A stretch of 32,000 nt of DNA. It comes from Paracoccus suum (GTDB taxonomy: Bacteria; Pseudomonadota; Alphaproteobacteria; Rhodobacterales; Rhodobacteraceae). The stretch's first letter is position 1. Each line of letters starts with the position of its first letter. The notes beneath the pieces are model-generated. The model ran no database searches. It was given only the letters and a program-made list of their open reading frames with translations, and had not been told where the DNA came from. The translations under genes were made by a program, and so were the position numbers. Below, one piece after another: positions 1 to 8,289 of the stretch. Location of the stretch: assembly GCF_003324675.1 (NCBI RefSeq), contig NZ_CP030918.1:2490001-2522000 (forward strand), in the 5' to 3' direction.

Positions 1-1139
1 CCCGAGAAGATGGTCCCTGCGCCGAACATCAGGGCCGACCAGGTGACGATGTGCAGCAGGCGCTGGGCGAGGTCCACGACCTCCGGCTCGGTGATGAAGA
101 GCGACACGACGCTGCGCGAGAACAGCGTTACCAGCACCACCAGCCCGCCGGTCAGCACAAGGTTCATCAGCATCGCAGTGCGCACCACGGAATCGAGGCG
201 CTGTGCCTGACCCGCGCCGATCATCTGCGCGCCAAAGATCGAGGCCGCGATGGCGATCGACAGCGCCGGGAACTGGACATAGGCCTGCACCTGGCCGACC
301 GCGCCATAGGCCGCCGTGGCGTCGGAGCCAAAGGCGTTGACCAGCCCGACGATCACCAACCCTGATAGCGAGCCGACGACGATCTGCACCCCGGTCGGCA
401 GGCCGACCCGCAGTATGGTCATCAGGAGCTTCGGATCCGGCCGCAGCCGGCGAAGCATCCTGGCAGAGGGCGCGAGGGGGTGGTCAAGCGCGCGCAGCCA
501 CAGCGCAAGTGCGACGAAGGCGGCGAGTTGGGCCGCGCCTTGGCCAAAGGCCGCGCCCCGGATCCCGAGGCTGGTCCGCGTCACCAGCAGGTAGGTCAGC
601 GCCGCCGACACCGCAGTCGCTACGATCTGGATCAGCAGCGGGCGCACTGTGTCGCCCATCCCGCGCAGCAATGCCCCGCCCAGGATGAACAGGAACAGCG
701 CCGGCATGGTGATGAACGAAGCGCGCGCGTAAGCGGTCGCATTCGCGAGAATGTCGGGCGGCGTGCCGAGCAGGTGCAGGATGCGCGGCGTCAACGCGAC
801 GCCGAGGACGGCAATGACCAGCCCGCCGAGGGTCGAGACCGTCAGTGCGGTCCCGGCGATGCGGCGCACCACGCTCAGCTTTCCGGCGCCATAGGCCTGG
901 CCGATCAACACGCTGGCGCCAGCGGTGATGCCGATCAGGAAGGCGATGAAGAAGAACACGACTGGCATGAAGGTGGCCGCGGCCGCCAGCTCCCGCGTGC
1001 CCAGCGTGCGGCCGACGATGATGCTGCTGATGGTCGCCGACAGCGACTGCAGGATGTTCTGCGCCATCAGCGGCAACAGGAAAACCAGGAAGGCGCGCCA
1101 CAGCGGGCGGCTCTCATCAAGGGTCGGTGCGCGGGACAT
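1..1139 (-). CDS. MATE-family efflux transporter (N-terminal ~380 codons; 3' end lies beyond the window start)
   Basis: Uninterrupted minus-strand frame from ATG 1139-1137 to the window edge; absent from the ORF track because there is no stop in the window. Own translation: MSRAPTLDESRPLWRAFLVFLLPLMAQNILQSLSATISSIIVGRTLGTRELAAAATF...IGQAYGAGK...TMPALFLFILGGALLRGMGDTVRPLL. It is multi-TM with a MATE/NorM-DinF-like pattern. Plus-strand ORFs 51-365 and 480-1319 are Arg/Gly/Gln-rich shadows. Confidence 0.85.
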   Translation of the reverse strand, partial: MSRAPTLDESRPLWRAFLVFLLPLMAQNILQSLSATISSIIVGRTLGTRELAAAATFMPVVFFFIAFLIGITAGASVLIGQAYGAGKLSVVRRIAGTALTVSTLGGLVIAVLGVALTPRILHLLGTPPDILANATAYARASFITMPALFLFILGGALLRGMGDTVRPLLIQIVATAVSAALTYLLVTRTSLGIRGAAFGQGAAQLAAFVALALWLRALDHPLAPSARMLRRLRPDPKLLMTILRVGLPTGVQIVVGSLSGLVIVGLVNAFGSDATAAYGAVGQVQAYVQFPALSIAIAASIFGAQMIGAGQAQRLDSVVRTAMLMNLVLTGGLVVLVTLFSRSVVSLFITEPEVVDLAQRLLHIVTWSALMFGAGTIFS

Positions 1140-1517
1140 GGCGGGACTCGATACGGGGGGAGGCACGGCTCGGGGGCGGGCTTGCCACCTAAGCGCAGGG
1201 CGGCGCAAGAGGGGGCGGCTTTTGCAATTGGCGGGGTGTGGCGGGCCGAGGGAAGAGGCAGCGTGTCAGCGGGCCAGTGGATTCGAGGCGCCGACTCCTC
1301 GGTGCAACCGAAGCTTTGACCAAGCTCCCAGAGGCTTTTGGTTGGGGCAGGTGATCGTCACGCAGCACCGCCGCGAAATATTCGGGGCATCGGCCAAATG
1401 AACTGACGCACGCCGCCTCAAGAGAAACCAAGTCGCGGGACAGGGCGATTCCGCACCTCGAATGTTCACGTCCGAGAGCTAATCCTCACGTAGGCTCGCG
1501 ATCCTGTGATCCCGCCC

Positions 1518-1545
1518 AAAAAACCGAAAGCCCCGCCGGCGAGGC
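1518..1545 (-). terminator. Candidate intrinsic terminator downstream of the mepK-like gene
   Basis: Minus strand reads GCCTCGCCGGCGGGGC (6-bp GC stem, 4-nt loop) followed by TTTCGGTTTTTT, about 40 nt after the stop at 1583. Confidence 0.45.
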
Positions 1546-1582
1546 GAGGCTGTGCAGTGGTCTCTCAGGAAGATGGTTAGCC

Positions 1583-2143
1583 TCAGCCGCCCCAGTGGCG
1601 CATCGGGCCGCAGTCCATGTGCACAAAGTTCGAGCGTGAATATTTCCCGACCCCGCCACCCCGGCAGGCCGCCGCGGCCTGGTACATCTGCCCGACCGAC
1701 CGCGATTTCAGCCGCAGGTCCGCGGCCTTGCCGACCATATGCAGCGAGTTGCGTGCGACGCCCGACGACTGCGAGCGCAGCATCGCGTTGGTCTGCGGCG
1801 AGCGGTAGCCCGACAGCATCATGTAGGGCTCATTGGTCTGCAAAAGCCGGTGCGAGGCGGTTGCGATGTCGATCGTGCGCGGGTCGATGCCGACCATCGT
1901 GCCGGTCCGCCAGTCGCGCATGAAGATGTTGATCTCGTTCAGGGCGTCGCGGATGTACTTGCCATCCACCCAGTACACGGTGTCGATGCTCTCGCCCGTG
2001 CGGCCGGAATACATGCTGATGCGCCGGTAGTTGCCGGCACCACGCGAGATTCCGAAGGCGTTCGCCATTACCGGGGCCGCAGCCACGGTCGTCGCCGCAA
2101 AGATACCAAGGATCCCGCGCCGGGAGATGCTGTCCAGAGTCAT
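1583..2143 (-). CDS. mepK: DUF882 / peptidase M15A family protein, YcbK (MepK)-like, with twin-arginine signal
   Basis: Track ORF 1583-2179 begins at a TTG. The ATG at 2143 gives MTLDSISRRGILGIFAATTVAAAPVMANA (Tat-type SRRxxL signal) and 186 aa, the size of E. coli YcbK. The C-terminal ...HMVGKAADLRL...GGGVGKYSRSNFVHMDCGPMRHWGG is the DUF882 zinc-peptidase signature. Confidence 0.85.
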   Translation of the reverse strand: MTLDSISRRGILGIFAATTVAAAPVMANAFGISRGAGNYRRISMYSGRTGESIDTVYWVDGKYIRDALNEINIFMRDWRTGTMVGIDPRTIDIATASHRLLQTNEPYMMLSGYRSPQTNAMLRSQSSGVARNSLHMVGKAADLRLKSRSVGQMYQAAAACRGGGVGKYSRSNFVHMDCGPMRHWGG

Positions 2144-2312
2144 GTTAGATCGCCTGTCCACTGCATTTGTTTTTGCCAACCTTGTGGATGGCCCGCCCCG
2201 TCCTGACCGGGGCTTGCTGACACTATGTCACCAAGACGCGAGCGGTGGAACCTTTTAGTGCCCGTCCGCCGGAGGCCACCGCTCCTATGCGCGTCATTTC
2301 GCGCATCAACCG

Positions 2313-2328
2313 TTAAGCGAGTATTAAC
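2313..2328 (+). promoter_or_regulatory. Perfect CtrA full-site motif TTAA-N7-TTAAC in a divergent promoter region
   Basis: gTTAAgcgagtaTTAACa lies 53 nt upstream of the ATG at 2381 and 170 nt upstream of the mepK-like start at 2143. It is the only full match I found by eye, and this 9-position AT-only motif is improbable by chance in DNA this GC-rich. Confidence 0.5.
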
Positions 2329-2380
2329 ATCGCACGGCCTGTTGCCGCCAATCCGCACATGAGGCGCGATCTTTGCAATT

Positions 2381-4138
2381 ATGCCGCACTCACTGGACGG
2401 GCCGCGGGGCCGCTGCGACTATTCTGCCATGGCCCAGACAGCGCAGATCACCTCCCGGATTTCCCCCTTGCAGCGACTCGCCACCCGAATCGCCCACCGC
2501 TGCAGGCACGCGCTAATGCCGGTTTGGATCGGGCTGGCGCTGCTCGGCGGCACCGGTTGGGCGTCGGCACTCGCCGTCGCGCCGCGGCTGACCTTTTCCC
2601 CGGAGGAGTTGGCCTTGGCCCAAGGCGTCGTGCGCTCGCCGGGTCTCGCGGCATTCTATGGTGCGAACGGTCTGCGTCCGGTGTTCACCGGACCCGAGGC
2701 GCGGGCGCGCCGCGCGGCTCTGCTGGCTGCGGTCGAGACCGCGCCGCAGCACGGACTGCCGGCCTGGCGCTATCATCCCGAGGTCCTGCGCCAACACCTC
2801 GACGACGACCGTACCGACCCGGCGCTCGAGGCGCAGCTGGCGGGGATCTTTGCCCTTTGGGTGCAGGACGTGTCTGCCGGCATTCTCGATCCGCGCAAGC
2901 TGTCCCCGGCCATCAAGCGCGCGGGCGAGGGTGCCAACCTTGCCCCCGTCTTGGCCGAGTTCGCCGCGGCGCCCGATCCAGTGAGCGTGCTGGCGGCAGT
3001 TGAGCCCTCTGCACCGCAATACATGGCGCTGCGCGAGGCACTCGCCCGGGCCCGCGGCGTAAGCGCGCCCGAGGGCACGCCCGAGGCCCCAGCGGCGCCG
3101 GGTGGCGCCGCCTGGCGCGCGGGCGATCGCGACCCCTCGCTGCCTGCCTTGCGCGCCCGCCTTGCCGCGACCGGCTTTGACGCGGGCACGGCAGCCGATC
3201 CGACCGTCTATGACGAAGGCCTCGCCCAGGCCGTCGCCGCATACCAGAAGGCCGTTGGCCTGCCGGACGACGGCATCGCCGGGGCGCGAACGATCGCCCG
3301 CCTGAATGCCCCGCCCAGTGCCGGGCCGCGGGACTTGCTGGTGGCGATGGAGCGTTGGCGTTGGCTGCCCGACGATCTGAACGAGGGCCAGTCGCGCCAC
3401 ATCTGGGTCAATCTGCCGACCTTTACCGCTGCCATTGTCGACCAAGCGGACAAGGTCACCTTCCAGACGCGGGTCGTGATCGGCAAGACTGACGGCGACA
3501 TGCAGACGCCTGAGTTCAGCGACCGCATGGAATTTGTCGTCGCCAACCCACGCTGGAACGTCCCGCGCTCGATCACCGTCAAGGAATACCTGCCAAAGCT
3601 GAAGCAGAACCCGAGTGCGGCCAGTCATCTGGATATCGTCAACGGCGCGGGCAAGGTGATCCCGCGCAGCCAGATCGATTTCGGCCGCTACACGGCGGCA
3701 AACTTTCCCTATCGGATGCGCCAAAAACCCAGCGAGGACAATGCGTTGGGCATCGTGAAGTTCCTGTTCCCCAATCCCTGGAACATTTACCTGCACGACA
3801 CCCCGTCCAAGGGCCTGTTCAGCGCCGGGCGCCGGGCGTTCTCGCATGGTTGCGTGCGGATCGGCGATCCGGTGGACCTTGCCCGTGCGCTGCTCTCCGA
3901 GCAGTCGGCGGACCCCGCCAAGACATTTTCCGCGGCCCTGCGCGGCGGAAACGAGCGGTATCTGACGCTGAAACCTTCGGTGCCCATCCACCTCGTCTAT
4001 TTTACGGTCCTGCCGGACGCGAATGGCATGATGCGGCGCTATCCGGACATCTATGGCCGCGATGCGGCTGTGTGGGCGGGTCTGTCGCGGGCGTTGACCC
4101 CGCCGACGGCGCCCGAGGCAATGGCTTCGAACGACTGA
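2381..4138 (+). CDS. ldtD: L,D-transpeptidase with peptidoglycan-binding domain (YcbB/LdtD-like)
   Basis: PG_binding_1-like segment: LRARLAATGFDAG...VYDEGLAQAVAAYQKAVGLPDDGIAGARTIARLN. YkuD catalytic domain: HIWVNLPTFT...YLHDTPSKGLFSAGRRAFSHGCVRIGDP (HxC active site). Start is uncertain: ATG 2381, 2429 (MAQTAQ...) or 2516 (MPVWIGLALLGG..., directly at the hydrophobic segment). Confidence 0.9.
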   Translation: MPHSLDGPRGRCDYSAMAQTAQITSRISPLQRLATRIAHRCRHALMPVWIGLALLGGTGWASALAVAPRLTFSPEELALAQGVVRSPGLAAFYGANGLRPVFTGPEARARRAALLAAVETAPQHGLPAWRYHPEVLRQHLDDDRTDPALEAQLAGIFALWVQDVSAGILDPRKLSPAIKRAGEGANLAPVLAEFAAAPDPVSVLAAVEPSAPQYMALREALARARGVSAPEGTPEAPAAPGGAAWRAGDRDPSLPALRARLAATGFDAGTAADPTVYDEGLAQAVAAYQKAVGLPDDGIAGARTIARLNAPPSAGPRDLLVAMERWRWLPDDLNEGQSRHIWVNLPTFTAAIVDQADKVTFQTRVVIGKTDGDMQTPEFSDRMEFVVANPRWNVPRSITVKEYLPKLKQNPSAASHLDIVNGAGKVIPRSQIDFGRYTAANFPYRMRQKPSEDNALGIVKFLFPNPWNIYLHDTPSKGLFSAGRRAFSHGCVRIGDPVDLARALLSEQSADPAKTFSAALRGGNERYLTLKPSVPIHLVYFTVLPDANGMMRRYPDIYGRDAAVWAGLSRALTPPTAPEAMASND

Positions 4139-4232
4139 CGCGGGGGATCCCGCGCGGCGGGCGTCGCGCGGTCGGCATCTGGATTTGCCGATGGGTTCAG
4201 GATAAGGCGATGCCCGAAAGGATCGCCCGACA

Positions 4233-5351
4233 ATGTCGATCACCATCTCTGAACTGGCCCATGCGCTCGGCGCCCGATTCTGGGGCGACGGCAGCCTGAT
4301 CGTGACCGGCGCGGCCGAGCCGGCCGAGGCGGGCCCCGGGCGTATCGCATTGGCACTGAACCCAAAATATGCCGCGGCCTTGCAGCCCGGCGCGGCGGCG
4401 ATCATCAGCGAGGGGATGGACCCTCAGGCGCTTGGCCTCTCTGCCGCGATCTTTGCGGCACGCCCACGGTTGGCGATGGCCGGGCTGACGCAGGCGTTTG
4501 ATCCCGGGCCCGACATCGCGCCGGGGATTCACCCCAGCGCCATCATCGACCCTTCCGCGCAGGTCCCCGCGGACGCCGCCATCGGCCCGTTCGCGGTCAT
4601 CGGTCCCGACGTCACCATTGGCCGCGGCGCGCGCATTGCCGCGCATGTCAGCATCGGGCGGCAAACCAATATTGGCGACGGCGCCCTGATCCTCGCCGGC
4701 GCGCGCATCGGTGCGCGGGTCACCGCGGGGGCCGAGTTGATCGTCCAGCCCGGCGCGGTGATCGGCGCCGACGGCTTTTCCTTTGTCACCGAGGTGCCCT
4801 CGGCGGCCGAGGATGCGCGCGCGGCGCTCGGGCAGGGCGCTGTCCGCAGCCCGGAGGCAGCGCGGTGGCACCGGATTCATTCGCTCGGCAGCGTCGTCCT
4901 CGGCGACCGGGTCGAGGTCGGCGCCAACAGCACCATCGACCGCGGCACCATCCGCGCGACCCGCATCGGCGATGGCACCAAGCTCGATAACCTCGTTCAG
5001 GTCGGCCATAACGTCGAGGTCGGACGCGACTGCCTGCTGTGCGGGCAGGTTGGCGTCGCCGGCAGCGCGCGGATCGGCGACCGGGTGATCCTCGGCGGGC
5101 AGTGCGGCGTCAGTGACAATATCTTTGTCGGCAGCGACGTGGTCGCTGGCGGCGCCACCAAAATCTATAGCAACGTGCCCGCCGGGAGGGTCATCCTTGG
5201 CCACCCGGCGATGCGCATCGAATCAGAGATCGAGATCCGCAAGGCCCTGCGCCGGCTGCCGCGCCTGTTCCAGCGCGTCGCGCGGCTGGAAGGCGGCGGC
5301 GCGCAGGTATCAACCGACGAGCAAGACCCCCAGACCGGAGGCGACCGATGA
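4233..5351 (+). CDS. LpxD-family UDP-3-O-acylglucosamine N-acyltransferase paralogue (left-handed beta-helix)
   Basis: LpxD-type N-terminus: MSITISELAHALGARFWGDGSLIVTGAAEPAEAGPGRIALALNPKYAAAL. Followed by hexapeptide repeats and a conserved LDNLVQVGHNVEVG catalytic-His region. AAAGGA RBS about 10 nt upstream of the ATG. The stop overlaps the next gene (ATGA). Confidence 0.85.
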   Translation: MSITISELAHALGARFWGDGSLIVTGAAEPAEAGPGRIALALNPKYAAALQPGAAAIISEGMDPQALGLSAAIFAARPRLAMAGLTQAFDPGPDIAPGIHPSAIIDPSAQVPADAAIGPFAVIGPDVTIGRGARIAAHVSIGRQTNIGDGALILAGARIGARVTAGAELIVQPGAVIGADGFSFVTEVPSAAEDARAALGQGAVRSPEAARWHRIHSLGSVVLGDRVEVGANSTIDRGTIRATRIGDGTKLDNLVQVGHNVEVGRDCLLCGQVGVAGSARIGDRVILGGQCGVSDNIFVGSDVVAGGATKIYSNVPAGRVILGHPAMRIESEIEIRKALRRLPRLFQRVARLEGGGAQVSTDEQDPQTGGDR

Positions 5352-5611
5352 GCCAGACCAGGGACCGCATCATTCAGATCATCGCCGAGCAGGCGATGCT
5401 CGATCCCGGTGAGGTCGACATGGCTATGACGCCGTCCGACCTTGGGATCGACAGTCTGGGACTGGTAGAGGCGATCTTCGCGCTCGAGGAGGCGTTCGAC
5501 ATCACCGTGCCCTTCAACGCCAACGAGCCGGACAAGTCGGATTTTGACATCTCGTCGGTCGGAGCGATCGTAGGTGCGGTCGAGCGGCTCGTCGCCGCCA
5601 AGGGCGCATGA
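5348..5611 (+). CDS. Acyl carrier protein (dedicated, NodF/AcpXL-like size)
   Basis: 87 aa with the phosphopantetheine attachment motif LGIDSLGLVEAIFALEEAF. ATGA overlaps with both neighbours (5348-5351 and 5608-5611). Confidence 0.85.
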   Translation: MSQTRDRIIQIIAEQAMLDPGEVDMAMTPSDLGIDSLGLVEAIFALEEAFDITVPFNANEPDKSDFDISSVGAIVGAVERLVAAKGA

Positions 5612-6936
5612 GCGAGGGCGCGGACGTCGCGGTGGCCGACGCGGAGGGCGCTGCGGCAGGCGCGCCGAAGGCCACCATCAGCCTCGCCGCGCCCACGGTC
5701 GCGCACCATGAGGAGTGTCCCGCCGGGCTGCGCCGCGTCGCGATCACCGGGACGGGCACCATCAATGCGCTGGGCCACGACGTGCCAGCCACCCTCGCCG
5801 CCTTTCGCGAGGGGCGCTGCGGCATCAGCCAGCTGAACTTCCGCGACGTCGACCGGCTGGCGATCCAGATCGGCGCGCAGATCCACGACTGGACTCCCGA
5901 AGCCTATTTCAACCGCCAGCAGATCACCCTCTACGACAAGTTCACCCAGTTCACGCTGCTTGCAGCCAAGCAGGCGGTGGCCGAGGCCGGCCTGACCTTC
6001 GAGGGGCGGATCGGGCTCACCTCGGGCGTGATCCTGGGGACTGCAGGCGGCGGCCTGAACACCTGGGATGAAAACTACCGGGTGGTCTACGAGGAGGGTA
6101 AGAACCGCGTTCACCCCTTTGTCGTGCCCAAGCTGATGAACAACGCCGCCGCCAGCCATGTCAGCATGGAGTTTGGCCTTCGTGGCCCCGCCTTCACGGT
6201 CGCGACCGCCTGCGCCTCCAGCAACCATGCCATGGGATTGGCCTTCCAGATGATCCGCTCGGGCGCGGCGACGGTCATGCTCACCGGTGGGTCGGAGGCG
6301 ATGCTCTGCTTCGGCGGTGTCAAGGCGTGGGAGGGGCTGCGCGTGATGTCCCGCGACGCCTGCCGCCCGTTCAGCGGTAACCGCAACGGCATGGTCCAGG
6401 GCGAGGGCGCCGGGGTCTTTGTGTTCGAGGACTGGGATCACGCCCGCGCCCGCGGCGCGAACATCCTGGCCGAGGTGGTGGGCTTTGCCATGACCGCCGA
6501 TGCGCAGGACATCGTCATGCCTTCGGCCCAGGGTGCCGAGCGCGCCATTGCCGGAGCGATGGAGGATGCCCGCATCAACCCCGAGGCGGTCGGCTATATC
6601 AACGCCCATGGCACGGGCACGGCGGCCAATGACAAGACGGAATGCGCGGCGGTCTCGCACGCCTTCGGTCATCATGCCGACAAGCTGATGATCAGCTCGA
6701 CCAAGGCGATGCATGGCCATGTCATCGGCGGGACCGGCGCGATCGAGCTGTTGGCGTGCATCATGGCGCTGCGCGATGGAATCGTCGCCCCGACCATCGG
6801 CTATGAAGAGCCGGACCCGGAATGTGCGCTGGACGTGGTGCCCAATACCGCCCGCGACGCGCGGGTGGACGTGGTGCTGTCGAACGCCTTTGCCTTTGGC
6901 GGCCTGAACGCGGTCCTGGCCTTGCGCCGGGCTTGA
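5608..6936 (+). CDS. Beta-ketoacyl-ACP synthase, KAS I/II (FabF/FabB/NodE-like)
   Basis: [15 protein letters not shown]; active-site Cys in [14 protein letters not shown]; His-His in [12 protein letters not shown] and [15 protein letters not shown]. If the ATGA-coupled ATG at 5608 is used, an Ala-rich N-terminal extension of about 43 aa precedes the canonical start of the fold. Confidence 0.9.
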   Translation: MSEGADVAVADAEGAAAGAPKATISLAAPTVAHHEECPAGLRRVAITGTGTINALGHDVPATLAAFREGRCGISQLNFRDVDRLAIQIGAQIHDWTPEAYFNRQQITLYDKFTQFTLLAAKQAVAEAGLTFEGRIGLTSGVILGTAGGGLNTWDENYRVVYEEGKNRVHPFVVPKLMNNAAASHVSMEFGLRGPAFTVATACASSNHAMGLAFQMIRSGAATVMLTGGSEAMLCFGGVKAWEGLRVMSRDACRPFSGNRNGMVQGEGAGVFVFEDWDHARARGANILAEVVGFAMTADAQDIVMPSAQGAERAIAGAMEDARINPEAVGYINAHGTGTAANDKTECAAVSHAFGHHADKLMISSTKAMHGHVIGGTGAIELLACIMALRDGIVAPTIGYEEPDPECALDVVPNTARDARVDVVLSNAFAFGGLNAVLALRRA

Positions 6937-6998
6937 AGCGCGGCGTTCCCAATGCCGCCACGCTGTGGCATGAGGCGCCAGACGTGAAAGGTGCCGAC

Positions 6999-8255
6999 AT
7001 GCCGCAAGACGCCGCCGAACTGATCCATGACATGGCCCGCGCCGCCCGCGAGGCCGCCCTGCTGCTGGCGAATACCTCGGCCGAGCGCAAGCACGCGGCC
7101 CTGATCTCGGCTGCCGACGCCATGCGCGCGGGCGAGGATGCGATCCTGATAGCCAATGCCGAGGATCTGGTCGCCGCCGAGGCCAAGGGCCTGTCGCCGG
7201 CGATGCTGGACCGGCTGACGCTGGATTCGGGCCGGATCGCCGCCATGTCGGAGGGACTGCGCGCCATCGCCGAACAGCCCGATCCTGTCGGGCGCGTGCT
7301 GGCCGAATGGGATCGGCCGAATGGGCTGCACATCCGCCGCGTCGCGACCCCGATCGGGGCTCTGGGCGTGATCTACGAGAGCCGCCCGAACGTCACCGCC
7401 GACGCCGGCGCCCTCGCGCTGAAGTCGGGTAATGCCGTCATCCTGCGCGGCGGCTCGGAGAGCAGCAATTCCAGCGCGGCGATCCATGCCTGCATGGTGC
7501 AAGGCCTGCGCGCGGCGAACCTGCCGGCGGCGGCGATCCAGCTGGTGCCGACCACGGACCGCGCGGCGGTCGGGGCGATGCTGGCGGCGCAGGGGCTGAT
7601 CGACGTCATCATCCCGCGCGGCGGCAAGAACCTGGTCGCGCGGGTGCAGGCCGAGGCGCGGGTGCCGGTCTTCGCCCACCTCGAGGGAATCTGTCACATC
7701 TATGTCGATGGCGCCGCCGACCCGGACAAGGCTGGCCGCGTGGTCATGAATGCCAAGACCCGCCGCACGGGCGTATGTGGGGCGGCGGAATGCCTGCTGA
7801 TCGATTGGCGCTATTACACCAAGTACGGCCCGGCGCTGATCGAAGCATTGCTTGCGGCGGGGGTAGAGGTCCGGGCCGAGGGCGAACTGGCCAAGGTGCC
7901 CGGCACCACGCGCGCCCGAGCCGATGATTTCGGCCGCGAGTTCCTCGACATGATCATCGCGACCAAGCTGGTCGATGGCGTCGGGGAGGCGATTGAGCAT
8001 ATCCGCCGCCACGGCTCGGGCCACACCGAGGCGATCCTGACCGAGGATGCGGGCACGGCCCAGGCGTTTTTTGATGGCCTCGACAGTGCCATCCTGATGC
8101 ACAACGCCTCGACCCAGTTCGCCGATGGCGGCGAGTTCGGCATGGGGGCAGAGATCGGCATCGCCACAGGCAAGCTGCACGCCCGCGGTCCGGTCGGTGC
8201 CGAGCAACTGACGAGCTTCAAGTATCTGGTCATTGGCGATGGCACGGTGAGGTAA
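6999..8255 (+). CDS. proA: Gamma-glutamyl phosphate reductase
   Basis: Track ORF starts at 6822. The ATG at 6999 (GAAAGG RBS upstream) gives 418 aa: [35 protein letters not shown]...[36 protein letters not shown]...CGAAECLLI...HGSGHTEAI. Typical ProA. Confidence 0.95.
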   Translation: MPQDAAELIHDMARAAREAALLLANTSAERKHAALISAADAMRAGEDAILIANAEDLVAAEAKGLSPAMLDRLTLDSGRIAAMSEGLRAIAEQPDPVGRVLAEWDRPNGLHIRRVATPIGALGVIYESRPNVTADAGALALKSGNAVILRGGSESSNSSAAIHACMVQGLRAANLPAAAIQLVPTTDRAAVGAMLAAQGLIDVIIPRGGKNLVARVQAEARVPVFAHLEGICHIYVDGAADPDKAGRVVMNAKTRRTGVCGAAECLLIDWRYYTKYGPALIEALLAAGVEVRAEGELAKVPGTTRARADDFGREFLDMIIATKLVDGVGEAIEHIRRHGSGHTEAILTEDAGTAQAFFDGLDSAILMHNASTQFADGGEFGMGAEIGIATGKLHARGPVGAEQLTSFKYLVIGDGTVR

Positions 8256-8260
8256 CGCCC

Positions 8261-8283
8261 GACGCCCTTAAGCGCCGGGCGTC
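8261..8283. terminator. Hairpin between convergent proA and the PepSY gene (possible bidirectional terminator)
   Basis: GACGCCC-ttaagcgcc-GGGCGTC, a 7-bp stem. No clear U-tract on either strand, hence low confidence. Confidence 0.35.
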
Positions 8284-8289
8284 ATCAAA

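Noticed and set aside
1442-1478. ykkC/guanidine-I-riboswitch-like fragments on the plus strand (AGGGcgaTTCCG ... GTCCGAGAG)
   Set aside because: The 3' half of the motif (ACACGG-GGGA-AAAA-CCCGGGAG) is not present. There is no plus-strand gene downstream, since it runs into the 3' end of the convergent mepK-like gene. The orientation is also wrong for the MATE gene. Most likely a chance resemblance; cmsearch with the ykkC model would settle it.
2182-2190. DnaA-box-like ATCCACA (7 of 9 match to TTATCCACA, minus strand)
   Set aside because: It is a single imperfect copy with no AT-rich unwinding element or clustered boxes, so it is not an origin.
2513-4405. 630-aa minus-strand ORF
   Set aside because: It is antisense to the ldtD-like gene, which has clear PG-binding and YkuD motifs. 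Its own translation is Arg/Gly/Pro/Ala-rich low complexity with no recognisable motif. This is a typical shadow ORF of high-GC DNA.
5374-8207. Minus-strand ORFs 5374-6720 (448 aa) and 6801-8207 (468 aa)
   Set aside because: They are antisense shadows of the KAS gene and proA respectively, with no motifs. The plus-strand genes carry catalytic signatures and ATGA coupling.
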